Origin: a virus
Virus record (IMG/VR): IMGVR_UViG_3300050132_000112
Span: 1-64,000 of that record
Strand: one strand, 5' to 3'
Length of the DNA: 64,000 nt
The notes under the pieces were generated by a model, which ran no database searches, was not told where the DNA came from, and saw only the letters and a program-made list of their open reading frames with translations. Shown piece after piece: positions 25,494-36,664 of the stretch. Made by a program: the position numbers and the translations under genes. Position 1 is the first letter of the stretch. Each line of letters begins with the position of its first letter.

Positions 25494-27636
25494 CATTAAT
25501 CCTGAATACAAAGAAGGTCAAATACTGACATCGGAAGTGCAAGGGCTTCCTTATGCAACTCCACCAATCCCCAAATTCTCAACTATACGTGGAATTTACC
25601 TGCCGATAGAAGACCAAGTATGGCACAGGCGTGACGAACACGAACAATGGGATAACTGGAATACTGACCCCAATAAGGGCGTAATGTGGACGGTTAATGC
25701 CTCTCCCGAACAACTCCAATGGTTTGATGAAGAAATAGAACGCCTAATGACAGGCGAGTGGATAATGATTAATGGCGTTCCCACTTACTTCAATAAATAC
25801 TGCTACTTTTTTTTTCAATGGTTTCGTTTACTCTCACAACGCTATCCTGAATTTAAGGACGTATGTCTTGAATATTTTGTCTTTTTCATGCTATGCGAGG
25901 AAGACCCCTTATGTTTGGGCGACTTGGGCATTAAAGGACGGCGTGTCGGGCTATCGTCAATGTCCGCTTCAATAAAAGTTCTTATTGGTATATTGGAAAG
26001 CAACACACTATCGGGTATCGTTTCTAAGACAGGTACGGATGCGCAGGAAATGTTTTTCATGGTTAAGAATGGTATTGAGGGCTTACCTGAATTTTTAATG
26101 CCTGACTTAAACAAAGTAACTGAAAGTGAAATTCACATCGCTAAAACCTCCCGTAAGATTTCTGCTAATAATACCCGTATCAACTCCGATAAAGGAAAGA
26201 ATAATCGTGTAAATTACTTAGATACCTCCGAAACGGTTTATGACGGTCGAGGGTTGCGACATTTAACGGTCGATGAGGCAGGAAAATTTATAAAAGCCAA
26301 TGTAAAGACCCTTTTAGCTAAGATTAGTGACACATTAGTACAGGGTGCAATGATAATCGGTAAGATGTCCATGTTCTCTACGGTAGATAAGGGTGACAAG
26401 GGAGGTGATAATTTCCGTGAAATTTGGGAAGGCTCTGACCATATTAATGGCAAAAAAGATATTTACGGTCGTACAAAAACTAAACTTAAACGTTTCTTCC
26501 TCCCTGCTTACCGTGGCTACATGGGTTACATAGGCAAGTACGGCGAAAGCATCATAGAAAATCCTACCCCACTACAAGTTGTTTGGTTGCAGACGCATGA
26601 GTTCATAAACCCAATGACAGGTAAAATGGATAAGTGTCCCGACCCTTTTGTTGGCGCAAGACAATTCATGCAGGTGACACGGGATATGCTCTCTGACGAC
26701 CCAGAGGCATTAGCCGACGAAAAGCGTAAAAACCCATTTGAGTGGAAAGAAGTATTCCAAGGTGCTAATAACCGTTGTAATTTCGACTTAGAAGCCGTTA
26801 AAGCCCAAATAGAACGTGTAGAAGCAAAGATAGAAGCATTAGGCAGAAATGTAGTCACAGGCGAAAACGGTCGTCGTGGCGTAATGAAAAAACGTGATAA
26901 TGGTGAGAAATACTTTGAGGACAACAATCAGGGTATGGTTTACATCCTGCAATTTCCCGATGCTGACTACACCAACAAAACAGTATATAAGAACAGCATT
27001 AAATGCCCCGATAACACGGCTTATGGTGCAGCAGGATTAGATACGTTTGCCAATGCTAAAGCAACCGTAGATAAAGGCTCTGATGCCTGTTTAATGATAC
27101 ACAGGCGATACAATGCGTTAGACCCCGATAATTCCAATATGCCCGTTGCCATGTTCTTAGGTAGACCTAAAACAAAGGGTGAGTTCCACGACCAAATATT
27201 TTGGTTATTGGAGTTTTATGGCGTTAAAATGTTGGCAGAACGTTCCCCTACCGATTGGGAAGATTATGCCGTAGATAAGGAAAGACGTTTAGCCTCACCA
27301 CTTGACCATGTTAAAAAGTATGGTTATTTGATGTCTACCAAGCGTTCTAACAAAACAGAGGTTTATGGAGTTGCACCACAGGATAAAGAGGCGAGAGAGC
27401 AGCATTTAACCGAAATGATAGAGTATGCTTTGAATAACGTACATAAGATTTGGTTCTTGCGCTTATTGAAAGATATGATTGACTTTGACATTGATGAACG
27501 TACCGATTATGATGCTTGTATGGCATGGGGATATGCGTTAATGGCAATAAAGGAACACGTTAACAAACCTGCAGAACCTGAAAGAGAGGAAACGTTTGTA
27601 AGGACGTTTAACTTGTACAACAGGCGAAGCGCATAA
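25477..27636 (+). CDS. terL: terminase large subunit
   Basis: KGRRVGLS Walker A, LTVDEAGK Walker B, GLDTF..SD and DYDACMA nuclease motifs. Confidence 0.92.
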   Translation: MAKKFNINPEYKEGQILTSEVQGLPYATPPIPKFSTIRGIYLPIEDQVWHRRDEHEQWDNWNTDPNKGVMWTVNASPEQLQWFDEEIERLMTGEWIMINGVPTYFNKYCYFFFQWFRLLSQRYPEFKDVCLEYFVFFMLCEEDPLCLGDLGIKGRRVGLSSMSASIKVLIGILESNTLSGIVSKTGTDAQEMFFMVKNGIEGLPEFLMPDLNKVTESEIHIAKTSRKISANNTRINSDKGKNNRVNYLDTSETVYDGRGLRHLTVDEAGKFIKANVKTLLAKISDTLVQGAMIIGKMSMFSTVDKGDKGGDNFREIWEGSDHINGKKDIYGRTKTKLKRFFLPAYRGYMGYIGKYGESIIENPTPLQVVWLQTHEFINPMTGKMDKCPDPFVGARQFMQVTRDMLSDDPEALADEKRKNPFEWKEVFQGANNRCNFDLEAVKAQIERVEAKIEALGRNVVTGENGRRGVMKKRDNGEKYFEDNNQGMVYILQFPDADYTNKTVYKNSIKCPDNTAYGAAGLDTFANAKATVDKGSDACLMIHRRYNALDPDNSNMPVAMFLGRPKTKGEFHDQIFWLLEFYGVKMLAERSPTDWEDYAVDKERRLASPLDHVKKYGYLMSTKRSNKTEVYGVAPQDKEAREQHLTEMIEYALNNVHKIWFLRLLKDMIDFDIDERTDYDACMAWGYALMAIKEHVNKPAEPEREETFVRTFNLYNRRSA

Positions 27637-27679
27637 AAAACCAATGTTTTTGTTCTATTTTTGATTTTCTTAAAGTAAT

Positions 27680-30100
27680 ATGGCAAACACCGACAATTTA
27701 GAATTTCATGATGGCGTTTTTCCATCCCCTATATTGGGTAATGATGTAATAAAAACCCTTGCTTATGGTAAGGCAGTCGGTCGGGCAATATATAAAACAG
27801 CCATAGAAAGCGAGAATAGCTATTATGTTTCCCGCAATAACTCCTTTGCCGAAACAAGAACATTTGCCAACGGTAAACAACCCTTTCAGACCTACCTTGA
27901 CCTTTTAATGGTTGACGGCAAGTCTTCATTCTTAAACTTAGATTACCATCCACGCCCCGTAGCACCGAAGTTCAGGGATATTCTTATCAATACGATAATG
28001 AATAAAACAGAACGCATAGAGTGCTACTCGATGTCGCTCGAAACCCAACTAAAAAAGCGGAATAAGAAAGATGCAGCGGCTTTTCGCATGGCAAACAAGG
28101 ATTTCATTAATGCAGCCCAACAACAAACGGGCATGCAAATGGAACAGCCTGATGCGTTCACTCCTGACAGCGAAGAAGAACTCAACCTATGGGCAGAACT
28201 GAACGACAAAGAACGGGAAGAACTGTTGATGGAAGAAGCCGTACAGTTTGTCAACTATAACAATGACTTTGACAGCATCAAAAAGGATATTGTTTCCGAC
28301 ATTGTTGATGTGGGCATGGGATGGGGAAAGAACTACTTCGATAGTAAAGGACGCATAAAAGAAAAGTCTATCCGTCCTGAAATGATGGTGTACGGAACAA
28401 CAAATACTTATGACTTTCGCCACATGCCATACATGGCACACTTAGAAAGGATGAAGATTGTTGACTTCCGTGCCATGTGGCCTAAATACGATGAGGAAGT
28501 ATTGTATGACCTTGCCTATTCAAGTCGCAATAAGAACGGCAATTCAGCTAATTTAAGTGATTACAGCAATGACTATGCTACCGCATTAAGCCGCCCTTAC
28601 GATGGCTATCTGATAGATGTTTTATTTTATGAGTATCGGGTAACTAAATACATTGACTACACCAAGGGAACCGACAGAAACGCTAATCCTGTTTTTGAGT
28701 TCAAACCCAATACAGGTAAAAAGGCTAACCCTAACAAAAAAGAATATAAAGCCAACATTCCTACTATCTATTGTGGTGCATGGCCTGTTGGTGCTGACGA
28801 TGTTGCTGAATGGCATGAAATGAGTAACCTGTTAAGGAGTAATGCTGATGTTGAAGAAGTATCTTACAGCTATTCAGGGTACATCATTAACAATAAAGAT
28901 AACATGCTGCCTAAGTCCCCTATGGACAATATGAAATCATCTATTATTCAGATGGATTTGGCTATTCTAAAGATGCAACAGCATTTAGCTATGGCAGCAC
29001 CCGATGGCATGAACATCGATATTGACAGTATAACCGATATTGATTTAGGTTCAGGCGTTGGTAAGGTGGGTGCATTAAAGCTACGTGAGATACGATTACA
29101 AACTGGTGATACTTATTGGTCGTCAGCTAAAATGAGTGGGGAGAGAAACCAAATGCCACCAATACAGGATGCTATACACTCATTAGGCGATAAACTGCAA
29201 CAATTCATTGGCGTTTATAACTTTGAGTTAGGCTGTATAAGAGATTACATTGGCGTAAACGAATTACGGGACGGCAGTAATACTCCTGATAGGTTAGGGT
29301 TGCAGGTTATGCAAACGCAGATACAAGCCTCTAATACCGCCACACAGCACATCTATGACGCTTTTGTTAGCATCATGGGCAATATGGCTAAAAAGACCAT
29401 TATCATGCTTTGGCAGGTCTTAAAGTTCGGCAATCCTAATTCTATGTACATGAAGATATTAGGTGCGCAGAATATCGACTTTATCAAGGAAAAAGAGTTA
29501 TTGACCGCCAACAATTATAGCACTATGGTTACGGTGGATATGTCAATGGATGATAAACAGTTCCTTGCACAGAACATCACTTTTGCCTTACAGCAAGGCA
29601 CGATTGAATTACAGGATGCCATCTATGTACGTAAAGTGCCTGATTTAGATTTAGCTATGCGTTATTTGGCGTTCGTTCAAAAGAAACGTGCTAAGGAAAA
29701 GAATGATGCCGAATTACAAAAACAGCAACAAGGCATACAGCAACAGGGGCAGCAGGCTCAAACATTAATGCAGCAAAAATCCCAAGACCAACAAGCCGCC
29801 GACCAACTGGAATTACAAAAGGTACAGGCTAAATCGGAACTTGACCAAAAAAATAAAGTTCAGGATGCCATATTACAGGCTAACATCGTTCAAATGCAGA
29901 CAGGTGCAGAAATACCGCCTTACATTCAAATGTTAATGGCGGCACAGATGAAAGACATGCAAGAGCAACAATTGGAACACGAGCAGCAAATGGACGCACA
30001 GGAACAACAGATGAGGCAACAGCAGTCAAGTGGAATCCCTGACGATAGCGGACAACCGCAGCCCCAAGAACAGCAACCCGAGGCTCAAGAGGCTGCATAA
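27680..30100 (+). CDS. portal protein
   Basis: Position after TerL, 806 aa, PKFRDILIN, IRDYIGVNELRDG, Q-rich C-terminus. Confidence 0.85.
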   Translation: MANTDNLEFHDGVFPSPILGNDVIKTLAYGKAVGRAIYKTAIESENSYYVSRNNSFAETRTFANGKQPFQTYLDLLMVDGKSSFLNLDYHPRPVAPKFRDILINTIMNKTERIECYSMSLETQLKKRNKKDAAAFRMANKDFINAAQQQTGMQMEQPDAFTPDSEEELNLWAELNDKEREELLMEEAVQFVNYNNDFDSIKKDIVSDIVDVGMGWGKNYFDSKGRIKEKSIRPEMMVYGTTNTYDFRHMPYMAHLERMKIVDFRAMWPKYDEEVLYDLAYSSRNKNGNSANLSDYSNDYATALSRPYDGYLIDVLFYEYRVTKYIDYTKGTDRNANPVFEFKPNTGKKANPNKKEYKANIPTIYCGAWPVGADDVAEWHEMSNLLRSNADVEEVSYSYSGYIINNKDNMLPKSPMDNMKSSIIQMDLAILKMQQHLAMAAPDGMNIDIDSITDIDLGSGVGKVGALKLREIRLQTGDTYWSSAKMSGERNQMPPIQDAIHSLGDKLQQFIGVYNFELGCIRDYIGVNELRDGSNTPDRLGLQVMQTQIQASNTATQHIYDAFVSIMGNMAKKTIIMLWQVLKFGNPNSMYMKILGAQNIDFIKEKELLTANNYSTMVTVDMSMDDKQFLAQNITFALQQGTIELQDAIYVRKVPDLDLAMRYLAFVQKKRAKEKNDAELQKQQQGIQQQGQQAQTLMQQKSQDQQAADQLELQKVQAKSELDQKNKVQDAILQANIVQMQTGAEIPPYIQMLMAAQMKDMQEQQLEHEQQMDAQEQQMRQQQSSGIPDDSGQPQPQEQQPEAQEAA

Positions 30101-30147
30101 AAATATTAGATAATTGTCTATACCTTTACGAAAAGACGAAACACTTT

Positions 30148-31251
30148 ATGATTATTGAGAACGAAACTACAGAATTAGAAGAAAATGCTATTGAAAAGGT
30201 GGAAACCAATGATGGCAAATCTTACGACCCAATGGTGCTTGAATTTTACGGCAAACCCGAAGAAAAGCCCGAAAATGAAGAAATTAGCGACAAAATAGAA
30301 GAAACGCCACCCGTTGAGGAAGTGCCACCCGTAGAGGAAAAGGTTGTCGAGGAAGTTAAAGAACCCGTAGTCGTTTCTAAATGGGAAGACAGCATTAGCG
30401 ACCCTCACGCCCGTTGGATGGCTGATACGCTTGCTAAAGAGGGTGGAGAAGAAGAAATCTACAACGCTATAAAAGATAAGTACGCTTATAAAGAATATAC
30501 CCCAGAGCAAAAGGTTATTGCTTATTTAGCCGCTGAAAATCCTGAATTAGATGATAATGAATTGTTATTCATGGCAGCACAGGATTATGGTATTGGCATA
30601 GAAACCGACGACGAAGCGGAATTAACACCCGAAGAACAAAAGGCTATAAAGGCACAAGGCATAGCACGTAAGAAAGCAGTATCACAAGCCGATAAATTCT
30701 TTTCAGAACGTGCTGCCGCTATTAAGTTACCTACATTGCCCGACCCATTGCAAAATGACGAAGGCTATCAGGCATATAAGGCTAATTTAGCCCAACAAGA
30801 AGAAATTAAGGCACAACAGGCAGAAGACCAAAAAAACATCGATGCCGTGTTGACCGAAATGAATACTACTGCAAAAACGTTTGAAAAGGTTGACATCGAC
30901 CTTAAATTGGATTTAGACGGTGGCGAGTTTGCCATTAAATCTGACTTTAAATTAGATGCAAAGAAACAACAACAGTTAGCCGATTATGCGCTTCGCTATC
31001 AACCCTCACCGGATGAAGTGAAAGCGTTTACAGACACAAGTGGCAAGTTTGACATGAAGGGTTACATGGCAGTTTTGGCTAAACAATGTTTTTCAGATCA
31101 AATCGTAAAAGCAGCAGTAAAACAAGCCCTATCGCAAGACCGGGAACGTTTCATAGAGAGTGACTTGTATAACAACAAACTCCGTAACAACGACATTAGT
31201 GAATCTACTGACCGTCCGTTGGAAATGTGGGAATTGGCGATGGGTAAATAA
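30148..31251 (+). CDS. capsid scaffolding protein
   Basis: Acidic, helical, between portal and capsid. Confidence 0.7.
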   Translation: MIIENETTELEENAIEKVETNDGKSYDPMVLEFYGKPEEKPENEEISDKIEETPPVEEVPPVEEKVVEEVKEPVVVSKWEDSISDPHARWMADTLAKEGGEEEIYNAIKDKYAYKEYTPEQKVIAYLAAENPELDDNELLFMAAQDYGIGIETDDEAELTPEEQKAIKAQGIARKKAVSQADKFFSERAAAIKLPTLPDPLQNDEGYQAYKANLAQQEEIKAQQAEDQKNIDAVLTEMNTTAKTFEKVDIDLKLDLDGGEFAIKSDFKLDAKKQQQLADYALRYQPSPDEVKAFTDTSGKFDMKGYMAVLAKQCFSDQIVKAAVKQALSQDRERFIESDLYNNKLRNNDISESTDRPLEMWELAMGK

Positions 31252-31284
31252 CAAAAGTATTAACCCAACTTAATTTAAAAAAAC

Positions 31285-32643
31285 ATGGCAGTTCCTGCTT
31301 CTACTCCTTCACACGTGTACATGCCGAATGGCATTAACCGTCAATACTTAACTGACTTATCTTTATTGGTGCCAAGGGCATACGATAAGTTCATTGAGAT
31401 TTATCCAAAACTGGCTTCAAAGAATTACATTGTAATGCGTGAGGCTATGGGTGCTTTAAAGTACACCAAAAACAAACAGTTCTACCAATGGCAACCAATA
31501 GGCAAAAACGCTCCGTCATGGAAAGGTTCTGCTATTACAGGTGCAGCTAACGCCAACGTAACAACTACCGTTCAGTCGCCTTATTACATCGATGGTGGAA
31601 CATTATCACCGCCAGCACCGGGACATTACTACTTCAATGATACCAACGGTCAGTTGTATCAGGTAGTAAGCGTTAATACAACCTCTGCAAATGCACATAC
31701 CGTTGTGTTGGCACAGGCATATACTGGTCAGGCTGCAGCAATTGCCGCTACCGACTTATTGGTGTTCTACCCTACTGTTGTTGGTGAGAAATCAGGTTCA
31801 CAATCTACTATCGCTCAAAACGATGTTAAAGTGACCAACTTTTGCGCCACTATCAAAACAACTAAAGAGTTCACTGATTGGGCAATGTTTGAAACTTTGG
31901 ACATCCCTAACAGCCCTGCCGGTTTCGACCACATCAAACCACGTCAAATGTACAATGAATACGATTTGTTCTTGGCGCAACAAGAGTTGTTAACCATGTT
32001 CGGTCAGCCTATCACCAATATCGCAGGTGTGCAAAATCAGCACACAGGTGTAGTTTGGAACGTTATCAATAACGGTAACGCTGATTTTACCTCAACCACT
32101 ATTAACGGTGCATTCTTTGATAATCTGCGCAGGAATATTGATGCTTTCGGTTACTCTGATGAGTATGACTGGTTGATGAACATTGAGTTGCGTATCAAGG
32201 TTGAAAACTTCATGGCTTCGACTTACAATGCAGGTGCTATCGTTTACTTGGAGAAAGATGCGTTTAAAGGTGCAGGTGCGGTTATCAACCGTAACTTCAA
32301 GGCTTACAACGTTAATGGTATCAAGGTTAACTTTAAAACCTACGATTATTTCAGTTCAGCTAACATTTACGGTGGTGCACCGAATGCAGGCTACTGGAAC
32401 AACGCAGGTTTGATGATACCTTTGGGTACAGGCATTGACCCTGAAAGCGGCGTAAACGTGCCGAGGTTCTCTGTAAGGTGGCAAGCACCATCTGAACAAG
32501 ACGCACCAATCAAGGTACGTCCTACAGGCGGTTGGGCACCTACACCTACTGATGATATTGAGCACTTGCTTATATCTCACGTAGCTACTAAGGGTGTACA
32601 AATGTTCGGTCTTAACGGATATTTCTTCCAACAGTTACAATAA
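31285..32643 (+). CDS. major capsid protein
   Basis: 452 aa, strongly biased codons, position, followed by terminator. Confidence 0.85.
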   Translation: MAVPASTPSHVYMPNGINRQYLTDLSLLVPRAYDKFIEIYPKLASKNYIVMREAMGALKYTKNKQFYQWQPIGKNAPSWKGSAITGAANANVTTTVQSPYYIDGGTLSPPAPGHYYFNDTNGQLYQVVSVNTTSANAHTVVLAQAYTGQAAAIAATDLLVFYPTVVGEKSGSQSTIAQNDVKVTNFCATIKTTKEFTDWAMFETLDIPNSPAGFDHIKPRQMYNEYDLFLAQQELLTMFGQPITNIAGVQNQHTGVVWNVINNGNADFTSTTINGAFFDNLRRNIDAFGYSDEYDWLMNIELRIKVENFMASTYNAGAIVYLEKDAFKGAGAVINRNFKAYNVNGIKVNFKTYDYFSSANIYGGAPNAGYWNNAGLMIPLGTGIDPESGVNVPRFSVRWQAPSEQDAPIKVRPTGGWAPTPTDDIEHLLISHVATKGVQMFGLNGYFFQQLQ

Positions 32644-32651
32644 CAGGTAAA

Positions 32652-32691
32652 AAAATGGGTGTGGCTTAATTGTTGCACCCATTTTATTTTT
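32652..32691 (+). terminator. intrinsic terminator
   Basis: AAAATGGGTGTGGC-TTAATT-GTTGCACCCATTTT then T-rich. Confidence 0.75.
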
Positions 32692-32712
32692 AACCCATAA
32701 AAACTTAAAGTC

Positions 32713-33132
32713 ATGGCAAACGAAACAGTACCAACAGGTACAGACCAAACACAAATTACAGTTCCTGCGAATACGGTAGTAACACCGCCCGCTGAAACTC
32801 CAGATGCCCCTAAAGCATTTGACCCAGCTACTGACCAACCTACCAATGCTGAACAGCAAGGACAGGTAAATCAGTTTAAAGCTAATGCCGAGGAAAATGA
32901 ACCTACGGAAGAACAAAAGGAAGAAGCCGAAAAAGAAGGCACCCACCCATTTAACGCAGAATATCGTGATGGCAAATTAGTCGTAAAGATTAAATTAACC
33001 GAAGATATTTTGTTTTTAAATCCCGATTTGCGTAGTTTAGGCTATCGTGCAGGCGAGATAGTGGAGTTTAGCCCTATTGAAGCACCTGACGCTGAAACCG
33101 CACAAGAAGATGCCGTAGAAGACAAGAAATAA
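32713..33132 (+). CDS. acidic hypothetical protein
   Basis: ORF track. Confidence 0.6.
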   Translation: MANETVPTGTDQTQITVPANTVVTPPAETPDAPKAFDPATDQPTNAEQQGQVNQFKANAEENEPTEEQKEEAEKEGTHPFNAEYRDGKLVVKIKLTEDILFLNPDLRSLGYRAGEIVEFSPIEAPDAETAQEDAVEDKK

Positions 33133-33147
33133 TCAAAAAACAACTAT

Positions 33148-34038
33148 ATGGAACAAGTATTAGAGAAAAGCCCGATTGCGATGAAGGGTAAAAAAGGTTT
33201 TCAAAAAAGGGAAGCCAAATCGCCTACTGATAGGGATTTTGGTATTACAATCGACCCTACAAAAACCTATGTCTTTGAAACTATTAAAAAGAGCGATGCG
33301 CTGAGAACGCAGTCACTTGCAGGCGAATGTCAGATTTTCGATACCGTTGAAGACCGTATCAGAACCATACGCTACATCCCGCAAGCCGATAGCATTTTTA
33401 AAGATGAGCAAGACGAAGCCTACGAGGACTACCATGTTCAAACCCTTTATTTCAGCCGTGACCAATTGGTTATTAATGGTGCTGACAAAAGAGGTGTAGA
33501 GTATTGTATATCTCATGACCGTTATGAAGGCAATAAAAACCCGTTAAGCAAAAAAGGTGCTTTCTTTAAACTATTGGACAAAGAGCAATTTGAAAAAGTA
33601 TTGGATGGTGTATTAACGAAAGAGGCATTAGCCTTTGACTTAGTTACCAAAACCGATATTGAAGAATTGCGTCCTGTTGCCCGTATAGAATTTGGTATTT
33701 TAGATACTTCGGCAATCATTATCCGTAACAGGCTACGTGAAATGGCTAAACGCCCCGCCAAGGACGGCAAGAAAAGCGGCGCACAGGCTATTATAGACGG
33801 CGTGAGCAACCCGCAGATAGTTAGGCGATATAACTTACAGTTAGCAATAGATAAGGGCATACTGGCAATGGATTTACAACGTGCGCAATGCGTATGGGGT
33901 GATACCAAAGTTGCGGTATGTAATCTAAGCAACCTGAAAAGTTCAGAAACGCAATTAAGCGAATTGGTAGCGTTTAGCTTTAACGGTCCTGAGGGTAAAG
34001 AATTTTACGAATTATTAAAAAACAAAATCTCTGTATAG
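33148..34038 (+). CDS. conserved capsid-associated protein
   Basis: RTIRY..SIFKDEQ motif typical of the post-capsid gene in Bacteroidota podoviruses. Confidence 0.55.
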   Translation: MEQVLEKSPIAMKGKKGFQKREAKSPTDRDFGITIDPTKTYVFETIKKSDALRTQSLAGECQIFDTVEDRIRTIRYIPQADSIFKDEQDEAYEDYHVQTLYFSRDQLVINGADKRGVEYCISHDRYEGNKNPLSKKGAFFKLLDKEQFEKVLDGVLTKEALAFDLVTKTDIEELRPVARIEFGILDTSAIIIRNRLREMAKRPAKDGKKSGAQAIIDGVSNPQIVRRYNLQLAIDKGILAMDLQRAQCVWGDTKVAVCNLSNLKSSETQLSELVAFSFNGPEGKEFYELLKNKISV

Positions 34039-34059
34039 TTCTATCTTCATGTGTTTTGG

Positions 34060-34094
34060 AAATGCTGACCGTTGTGAAATGGACAGCATTTTTT
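34060..34094 (+). terminator. intrinsic terminator
   Basis: AAATGCTG..CAGCATTTTTT. Confidence 0.6.
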
Positions 34095-34109
34095 GTTTAC
34101 TTTTGGTTC

Positions 34110-35012
34110 ATGGTTAATATCGATGAACTCCACCAAATAACATTTGCCATATCCGCTAAATCACGGGCAGCATTTCCGTCGCCTGACGAGTGGAATAACT
34201 TTGCCAATTACGCCAATATTGACCTTTTCAATCAGTATAACGATATACGTAAAGCGGCTTTATTAAAGAACAAAGAGGGGCACACTCTTAATATGCCAAG
34301 TTCTTTAAAGGTATTTGTAGTTAATGAAGCACCGATAACTTTTACAACAGGGGTAGGGAATATACCCACCGACCAATCAACTAACCTACAACTAACCGTA
34401 AATGGCTATCCCGTTAAAAAGGTAGACTATAACAGGCGTGAAGCCTACTTGAAAAGCACTATTGATGCACCAACTTTAATAGCACCTATTTATTGTGAAA
34501 CGGGCACATCGTTGCTCATTTATCCGACTACGATTACCAATGGGTTGTTAACCTATTTAAAGACCCCTACAACGGTCAAATGGGCTTATGTGCTACGTTC
34601 AATCTTAACCATGAATACATTAGTCCCCGGCACAGGATATACCAATACAGGGGCTTATACGAACGTCCCTTTAATTGGTGGTACGGGTAGTGGCGCAACT
34701 GCCGACTTTGCTATTATTGGAGGCGTAGTTAGTTCGGTAAACATCAATCAGGGTGGTAAGGGATATACAGCAGGTGATTTGTTAACGGCATCTACCGCTA
34801 ACTTAGGTGGTACAGGAAGCGGATTTACCATTAAAGTAGCTACCATAAGTGCTAATAGACCCGTTTACGATAGTGTTAATTCGGTTAACAGCGAGTTTCA
34901 AAATGAGGAAAAAGTCAAGTTAGCTTCCCGAATATTAGCCTATATGGGTTTACAGGTTAGAGACCAACAAATAGAACAGGCGGCGTTATTAATGACTAAA
35001 CAAGCATCATAA
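34110..35012 (+). CDS. tail ring/adaptor protein with inserted Gly-rich beta domain
   Basis: SPDEWNNFAN..LTYLKTP..KWAY; ATG follows TACTTTTG (34098-34105). Confidence 0.65.
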   Translation: MVNIDELHQITFAISAKSRAAFPSPDEWNNFANYANIDLFNQYNDIRKAALLKNKEGHTLNMPSSLKVFVVNEAPITFTTGVGNIPTDQSTNLQLTVNGYPVKKVDYNRREAYLKSTIDAPTLIAPIYCETGTSLLIYPTTITNGLLTYLKTPTTVKWAYVLRSILTMNTLVPGTGYTNTGAYTNVPLIGGTGSGATADFAIIGGVVSSVNINQGGKGYTAGDLLTASTANLGGTGSGFTIKVATISANRPVYDSVNSVNSEFQNEEKVKLASRILAYMGLQVRDQQIEQAALLMTKQAS

Positions 35013-35635
35013 TGGCAATACAGACAAAACAAAGTTTAGTTGATGAAATAGTTTACGAATTATACGACGGTATGCCTCCCGTTGAGCGCAGCCTATCCGA
35101 CCAATTTATTTTACGGAAAGTCAATAACTACATTGCCGATGCCGCCATGAAAAGCGCATTTCAAAGTAGCAATATTGAAGGTGTAGTCTATGCTGATGAT
35201 ATTTTCCGTTTAACCTATACAACCCTTTCCCTACAAACTGATAACTTTTACCAATTACAGTTTTGCACCTTACCTGCTTTGCCAGTTGGGTTACCACGAC
35301 AAAGAGCATTTGAGGTGTTTTCCACAGGAACAGACCCCGGATTATTTAAAGTAACAAGCAGGGGTAGTTACCAACGTATAAAGGCATTACCATCATTAAA
35401 AAAGGTGTTTTGCTTTGTAGAGAATGGTAAGATGTACTTTGACTTTAGCTTCGTTGACCCGTTGACGGTAGTAGCTACTGTAAACATGTCTATAATCACC
35501 TCTGGGGCACTTGATTTAACGGCGACTATAAACTTACCCGATGATATGATAACAGGACTTAAAGCGTCTATAATTACCGAATTACGTCAAACGATAGGTT
35601 TCCCCTTGCAACCTGAAACTTCACCCCAACATTAA
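35012..35635 (+). CDS. tail ring protein
   Basis: Position and size. Confidence 0.55.
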   Translation: MAIQTKQSLVDEIVYELYDGMPPVERSLSDQFILRKVNNYIADAAMKSAFQSSNIEGVVYADDIFRLTYTTLSLQTDNFYQLQFCTLPALPVGLPRQRAFEVFSTGTDPGLFKVTSRGSYQRIKALPSLKKVFCFVENGKMYFDFSFVDPLTVVATVNMSIITSGALDLTATINLPDDMITGLKASIITELRQTIGFPLQPETSPQH

Positions 35636-35646
35636 TACTGACGATT

Positions 35647-36387
35647 ATGCTCGCATTGGATGAAATCATAAATGGGTTCTTATCAGAACAAGACTTGCCT
35701 AACTCGCAATTTGACCGCATACAGTCCATAGCTATTCGAGGGTATAGGCAATTACACTATCATTCTATTGGCAGACCAAAGCAATGTGAGTTAGATGTAC
35801 TACCTAACAAGACCTCCGTATTACCATGCGATCTGACTAACTTGTTAGATATTGGCGTACTTAACTTTAAGGGCGAATTAGTGTCGTTAACCTATGATGA
35901 TAAATTAGGTCTATATGACAGTACTAATCCACAAAGAACAGCACAACCCATAGCCCCTGTTATATTAACCAACGAGGACTACCTATATACAAGCCCTATT
36001 GCTAATATTGACTATCCATTTTTCTTTATGAGGCAATATGGAACAGGCTCATCAAGCGACTTAGGGTTTTATAAGATAGATTGGAAAGAAAGAGTTATCA
36101 TCTATAATTTCGGCTTTAACTATTCGGAAGTAACACTATCTTATCTACCAATAGCAGGTGATGATGGGGTTTACTATGTTGACCCATTATTTCAAGAAGC
36201 GTTAATAGGCTTTATTACATGGCGACACATGGTAGGGAGCAGAAAGTACACTACTAATGACAGGGAAGAAGCAAAAGCGTATTACGATAACCAATTAAGG
36301 ATAGCCCGTAGAGCACAAAGCCCGTTAAACCCGTCTGAAATTTACAACCAGTTTAACAGGTCAACAAGGTTAGCACCAAGGTCATAA
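35647..36387 (+). CDS. tail ring protein
   Basis: LPCDL..VTLSYL..DPLFQEAL..YYDNQLRIAR. Confidence 0.6.
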   Translation: MLALDEIINGFLSEQDLPNSQFDRIQSIAIRGYRQLHYHSIGRPKQCELDVLPNKTSVLPCDLTNLLDIGVLNFKGELVSLTYDDKLGLYDSTNPQRTAQPIAPVILTNEDYLYTSPIANIDYPFFFMRQYGTGSSSDLGFYKIDWKERVIIYNFGFNYSEVTLSYLPIAGDDGVYYVDPLFQEALIGFITWRHMVGSRKYTTNDREEAKAYYDNQLRIARRAQSPLNPSEIYNQFNRSTRLAPRS

Positions 36388-36427
36388 AAACAATTAATAA
36401 GTTTCACTGTTACTAAAAATAAAAGCC

Positions 36428-36616
36428 ATGTTAGTATCCATCCTTTACTTACTGTTATATTTAGTTATCGCCGTAGTCATAATAGAAATCGTATTTTGGC
36501 TTTTAGCGTTGATAATCCCGACATTTATAGTTAGTTCAAGAATACGTGGACTACTGTACGCCTTAGTGTTTATCTTACTTTTGTTATGGCTATTGGGTCA
36601 TTTAGGTATAGTATAA
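36428..36616 (+). CDS. small two-TM membrane protein
   Basis: Two long hydrophobic segments. Confidence 0.7.
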   Translation: MLVSILYLLLYLVIAVVIIEIVFWLLALIIPTFIVSSRIRGLLYALVFILLLLWLLGHLGIV

Positions 36617-36664
36617 AAGTCCCATTATAACTATTTTTTATGACCTACGTATTAAAATGTTTTG

